The notes beneath the pieces are model-generated. The model was not told where the DNA came from. It saw only the letters and a program-made list of their open reading frames with translations, and made no database searches. The position numbers and the translations under genes were made by a program. DNA of 63,646 nt, counting the filler, from Octopus bimaculoides (lineage: Eukaryota), in NCBI RefSeq assembly GCF_001194135.2. It is 4 parts of 3 records of this genome, joined end to end, with 100 filler letters (N's around TTAATTAATTAA, not from the genome) between each part and the next. Parts side by side here need not be neighbours in the genome. Positions count along the whole stretch, not along the records: positions 59,473 to 61,685 come from NW_026386709.1; positions 61,786 to 63,646 come from NC_068989.1; 2 more parts are not named here. The stretch is one strand, 5' to 3'. How positions within the stretch are numbered: the first letter of the stretch is position 1; every line of letters starts with the position of its first letter. Below, piece after piece: positions 60,733 to 63,646 of the stretch.

Positions 60733-61286
60733 GTGTGGTGTAGTAAAAAGCTTGTTTCCCAACCACATGGTTCTGGGTTCAGTCCCACTGCTTGGCACCT
60801 TGGGCAAGTGTCTTCTGCTATAGCCTCGGGCCGACCAAAGCCTTGTGAGTGGATTTGGTGGATGGAAACTGAAAGAAGCCCGTTGTCGTTGTCGTCGTCG
60901 TTTAACGTCCGCTTTCCATGCTAGCATGGGTTGGACGATTTGACTGAGGACTGGTGAAACCAGATGGCTACACCAGGCTCCAATCTGATTTGGCAGAGTT
61001 TCTACAGCTGGATGCCCTTCCTAACGCCAACCACTCCGAGAGTGTAATGGGTGCTTTTACGTGTCACATATATATATATATATATATGCACATACATACA
61101 TGTGTGTGTTTGTGCCTGTGTTTGTCACCTCAACATCGCTTGACAACCGATGCTGGTAACTTAGCAGTTCGGCAATAGAGCCAGAATAAGTCCTAGGCTT
61201 ACAAAGACTAAGTCCTGTGGTCGATTTGCTCGACTAAAGGCGGTGCTCCAGCATGGCCACAGGCAAATGACTAAAACAAGTAAGAG
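60733..61286 (+). mobile_element. SINE family A with a nested antisense element (60884-61067) in its microsatellite linker
   Basis: Head 60733-60885 and tail ~61100-61286. The insert carries CTGGATGCCCTTCCTAACGCCAACC and a (GTC)n end, i.e. a 5'-truncated SINE/LINE tail on the minus strand. Confidence 0.8.
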
Positions 61287-61639
61287 TCAAAGAGCATGTA
61301 TATACACTCCCCCCCCCCACACACATATATCAACATTGTCAACATTATGAATATATGTACATATACATGTGTGCATGTGTTTGCATGTATGTGTGTGTGT
61401 GTGTGTGTGCGCTTAAAGAGAAATACATTTTGAAAAATTGCTATTTCTAATGAGATGAAATTCCTTAGAAGTTCTTGTAAATCCTTTTATATCCAAAATC
61501 CAATCAAGGATTAAGCATAATTTATCTTTGGAATTTTCATGTTACATTATATAACGTCTGAATAATTTGGCCAAAGTAAATCTGTGAAACCATACAACAT
61601 TAAAACATTATTATTCTGAATAAAGCAGAATGAAACAGA

Positions 61640-61685
61640 GGAGGCGCAATGGCCCAGTGGTTAGGGCAGCGGACTCGCGGTCATA
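61640..61685 (+). mobile_element. tRNA-like head (SINE or tRNA), cut by an assembly gap
   Basis: GGCGCAATGGCCCAGTGGTTAGGGCAGCGGACTCGCGG has an A box; the rest is lost in Ns. Confidence 0.5.
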
Positions 61686-62007
61686 NNNNNNNNNNNNNNN
61701 NNNNNNNNNNNNNNNNNNNNNNNNNNNNNTTAATTAATTAANNNNNNNNNNNNNNNNNNNNNNNNNNNNNNNNNNNNNNNNNNNNGTGGTGGTGGTAGTG
61801 GTGGTGGTGGTGGTGGTGGTGGTATTAGGAGGAGTATTAGAAAGAGCCAACAGGAAGGAAAAAGGAGAAAAGAGAAGAGAAATGAAGGAGAAAAAAACAA
61901 CGACGGGGAAAACGTGTGTATGAGAGATTCGGTAAAGGAATTGAATGAGTGAGTGAATGTGTTAGAGAGGCAAAGAAGGAAATGAAGCGCGCGAAACAGG
62001 CACAGAG

Positions 62008-62046
<39 letters not shown>

Positions 62047-62414
62047 AACGAAGTAATAGACAAGGTAAAAATGAGACAGCTAAAGGAAAGGAAAAGAAAG
62101 AAATAAAGAAAGAAAGAAAGAAACGAAGTAATAATAAACAGAGTAAAAGAAATGAAACAAACAAGGAAGNNNNNNNNNNNNNNNNNNNNNNNNNNNNNNN
62201 NNNNNNNNNNNNNNNNNNNNNNNNNNNNNNNNNNNNNNNNNNNNNNNNNNNNNNNNNNNNNNNNNNNNNNNNNNNNNNNNNNNNAAAGAAAGAAAGAAAC
62301 GAAGTAATAATAAACAGAGTAAAAGAAATGAAACAAACAAGGAAGAAAATGAAACCGCTGAAGGAAAGGAAAAGAAAGAAAGAAAGAAAGAAAGAAAGAA
62401 GGAAAGAAAGAAAT

Positions 62415-62449
<35 letters not shown>

Positions 62450-62663
62450 AATAGATAGATAGACAGAAAGGCAGCTAGATAGATAGACAGGTAGACACAC
62501 AGGTAGACAGACAGACGGATAGCTAGCTAGCTAGCTAGATAGATAGATAGATAGATAGATAGNNNNNNNNNNGTATGTATGTATGTATGTATTATGAAGA
62601 TATGGAGTGTATTATATATTATATTTTTTTTTTAATTTAAAAGAAAATATTCTTGGAACTTAC

Positions 62664-62920
62664 CTGTGTGAAGTGTCATCATAAGTTGTAGTTCACAATT
62701 TGTGTATATATATCCTTTCAATATTTTATTTGGTATATATGGTCCCTTAGGGGTAAAATATACTCTTCCTTCCTTGGTATTGGTACAAAAGTTGTTTTTT
62801 CTTTTATATATTTATTGTTTGCCTTGTTTTTTTTTCTGTATTTCTTTTTTGAGGCATTGATATATTTTAAATCATCTCATATGTCAAAATGTATGAATGA
62901 ATATGTACACATGTAAATCT
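62664..62920 (-). other. Candidate non-coding 5' exon of the NHL gene (5' boundary uncertain)
   Basis: A-rich, repeat-free segment ending in a perfect donor CACACAG|GTAAGT (62664/62663), same strand as the gene. Confidence 0.3.
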
Positions 62921-63032
62921 GTACGCATAAATGTATATCTCTATATATGTGTGTAAATGTTTGTATTGTATTATGTATATAAAATGGATAGGAGAGAGAC
63001 GAGAGGGGTGGGGGTTAGTGACACAGATGGAA

Positions 63033-63067
<35 letters not shown>

Positions 63068-63199
63068 TGAGGAATGAGAGAGGAAAAATCGCTGGCAGAG
63101 AGTAAGAAAGTCCCATAGACAAGCACACACTCACACACATACACACACAAAGACAGACACGCGGTCAGGCAGACAGACACACGTACACACACAGGGTAA

Positions 63200-63247
63200 C
63201 TGACGGGCTGACGGGCTGGCGGGCTGGCGAGCTGACGGGCTGACGGG
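63200..63247. repeat. Six tandem GC-rich 8-mers (CTGACGGG / CTGGCGRG)
   Basis: Directly visible; four units contain TGACG. Confidence 0.9.
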
Positions 63248-63588
63248 CCTGTGGGATGGTGAAGCTGGCAGTCGGGCGAGCGGAAAGATAGTAAGATGGA
63301 AAGATAGATAGACCGATATTTAGATTAAATAGATAGATTAGATCTGAAGACAGATGCACTCATCTTGTTAGTTAATCTCACCTAAAACATAAAAGGCACA
63401 TACATACACACATACACAAATCCACAGTAGCACACACACACACACACATACACATACATATATAAACACATACACACAGCTATTTCGAATGTATATCAAT
63501 GCTGTTGTATCTCCAATAATGGTTCTAATTTCATGACAAAAGTTCCGTTTCAAAGTTTTGGTGAGAAATAATATGAAGGAAACATTAA

Positions 63589-63646
<58 letters not shown>

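Overview
AT-rich, microsatellite-dense animal genomic DNA with many N gaps. The SINE/LINE landscape suggests an octopod cephalopod (inference, no search run). There is one convincing protein-coding gene, a 1122-aa ORF on the minus strand (24144-27512). It lies in a single large exon with a splice acceptor upstream (exon starts 27756) and a donor 3 nt after the stop. The product has a C-terminal six-bladed NHL-type beta-propeller and a short coiled coil, but only two CxxC remnants where a TRIM RING/B-box would be. It also carries long disordered tracts with two PPxY motifs and a DSGFFS degron. The rest is intronic/intergenic DNA full of mobile-element debris: a decayed RTE LINE, a full-length decayed Chapaev3-type DNA transposon with TIRs and TTA TSD, mariner/maT derivatives (one a 500-bp fold-back), MITEs, R4/Dong fragments next to (AAT)n tracts, Penelope-like (PLE) fragments and at least four SINE-like families. 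Eight minimal hammerhead-ribozyme-like motifs from about four families are visible; three have intact catalytic cores. One hammerhead unit lies directly downstream of a tRNA-like Pol III promoter and a PLE endonuclease tail. The two best candidates for undescribed biology are this tRNA-promoter/hammerhead/PLE unit and the RING-degenerate, PY-motif-bearing NHL protein. Almost all other ORFs in the track are microsatellite or N-gap artefacts.
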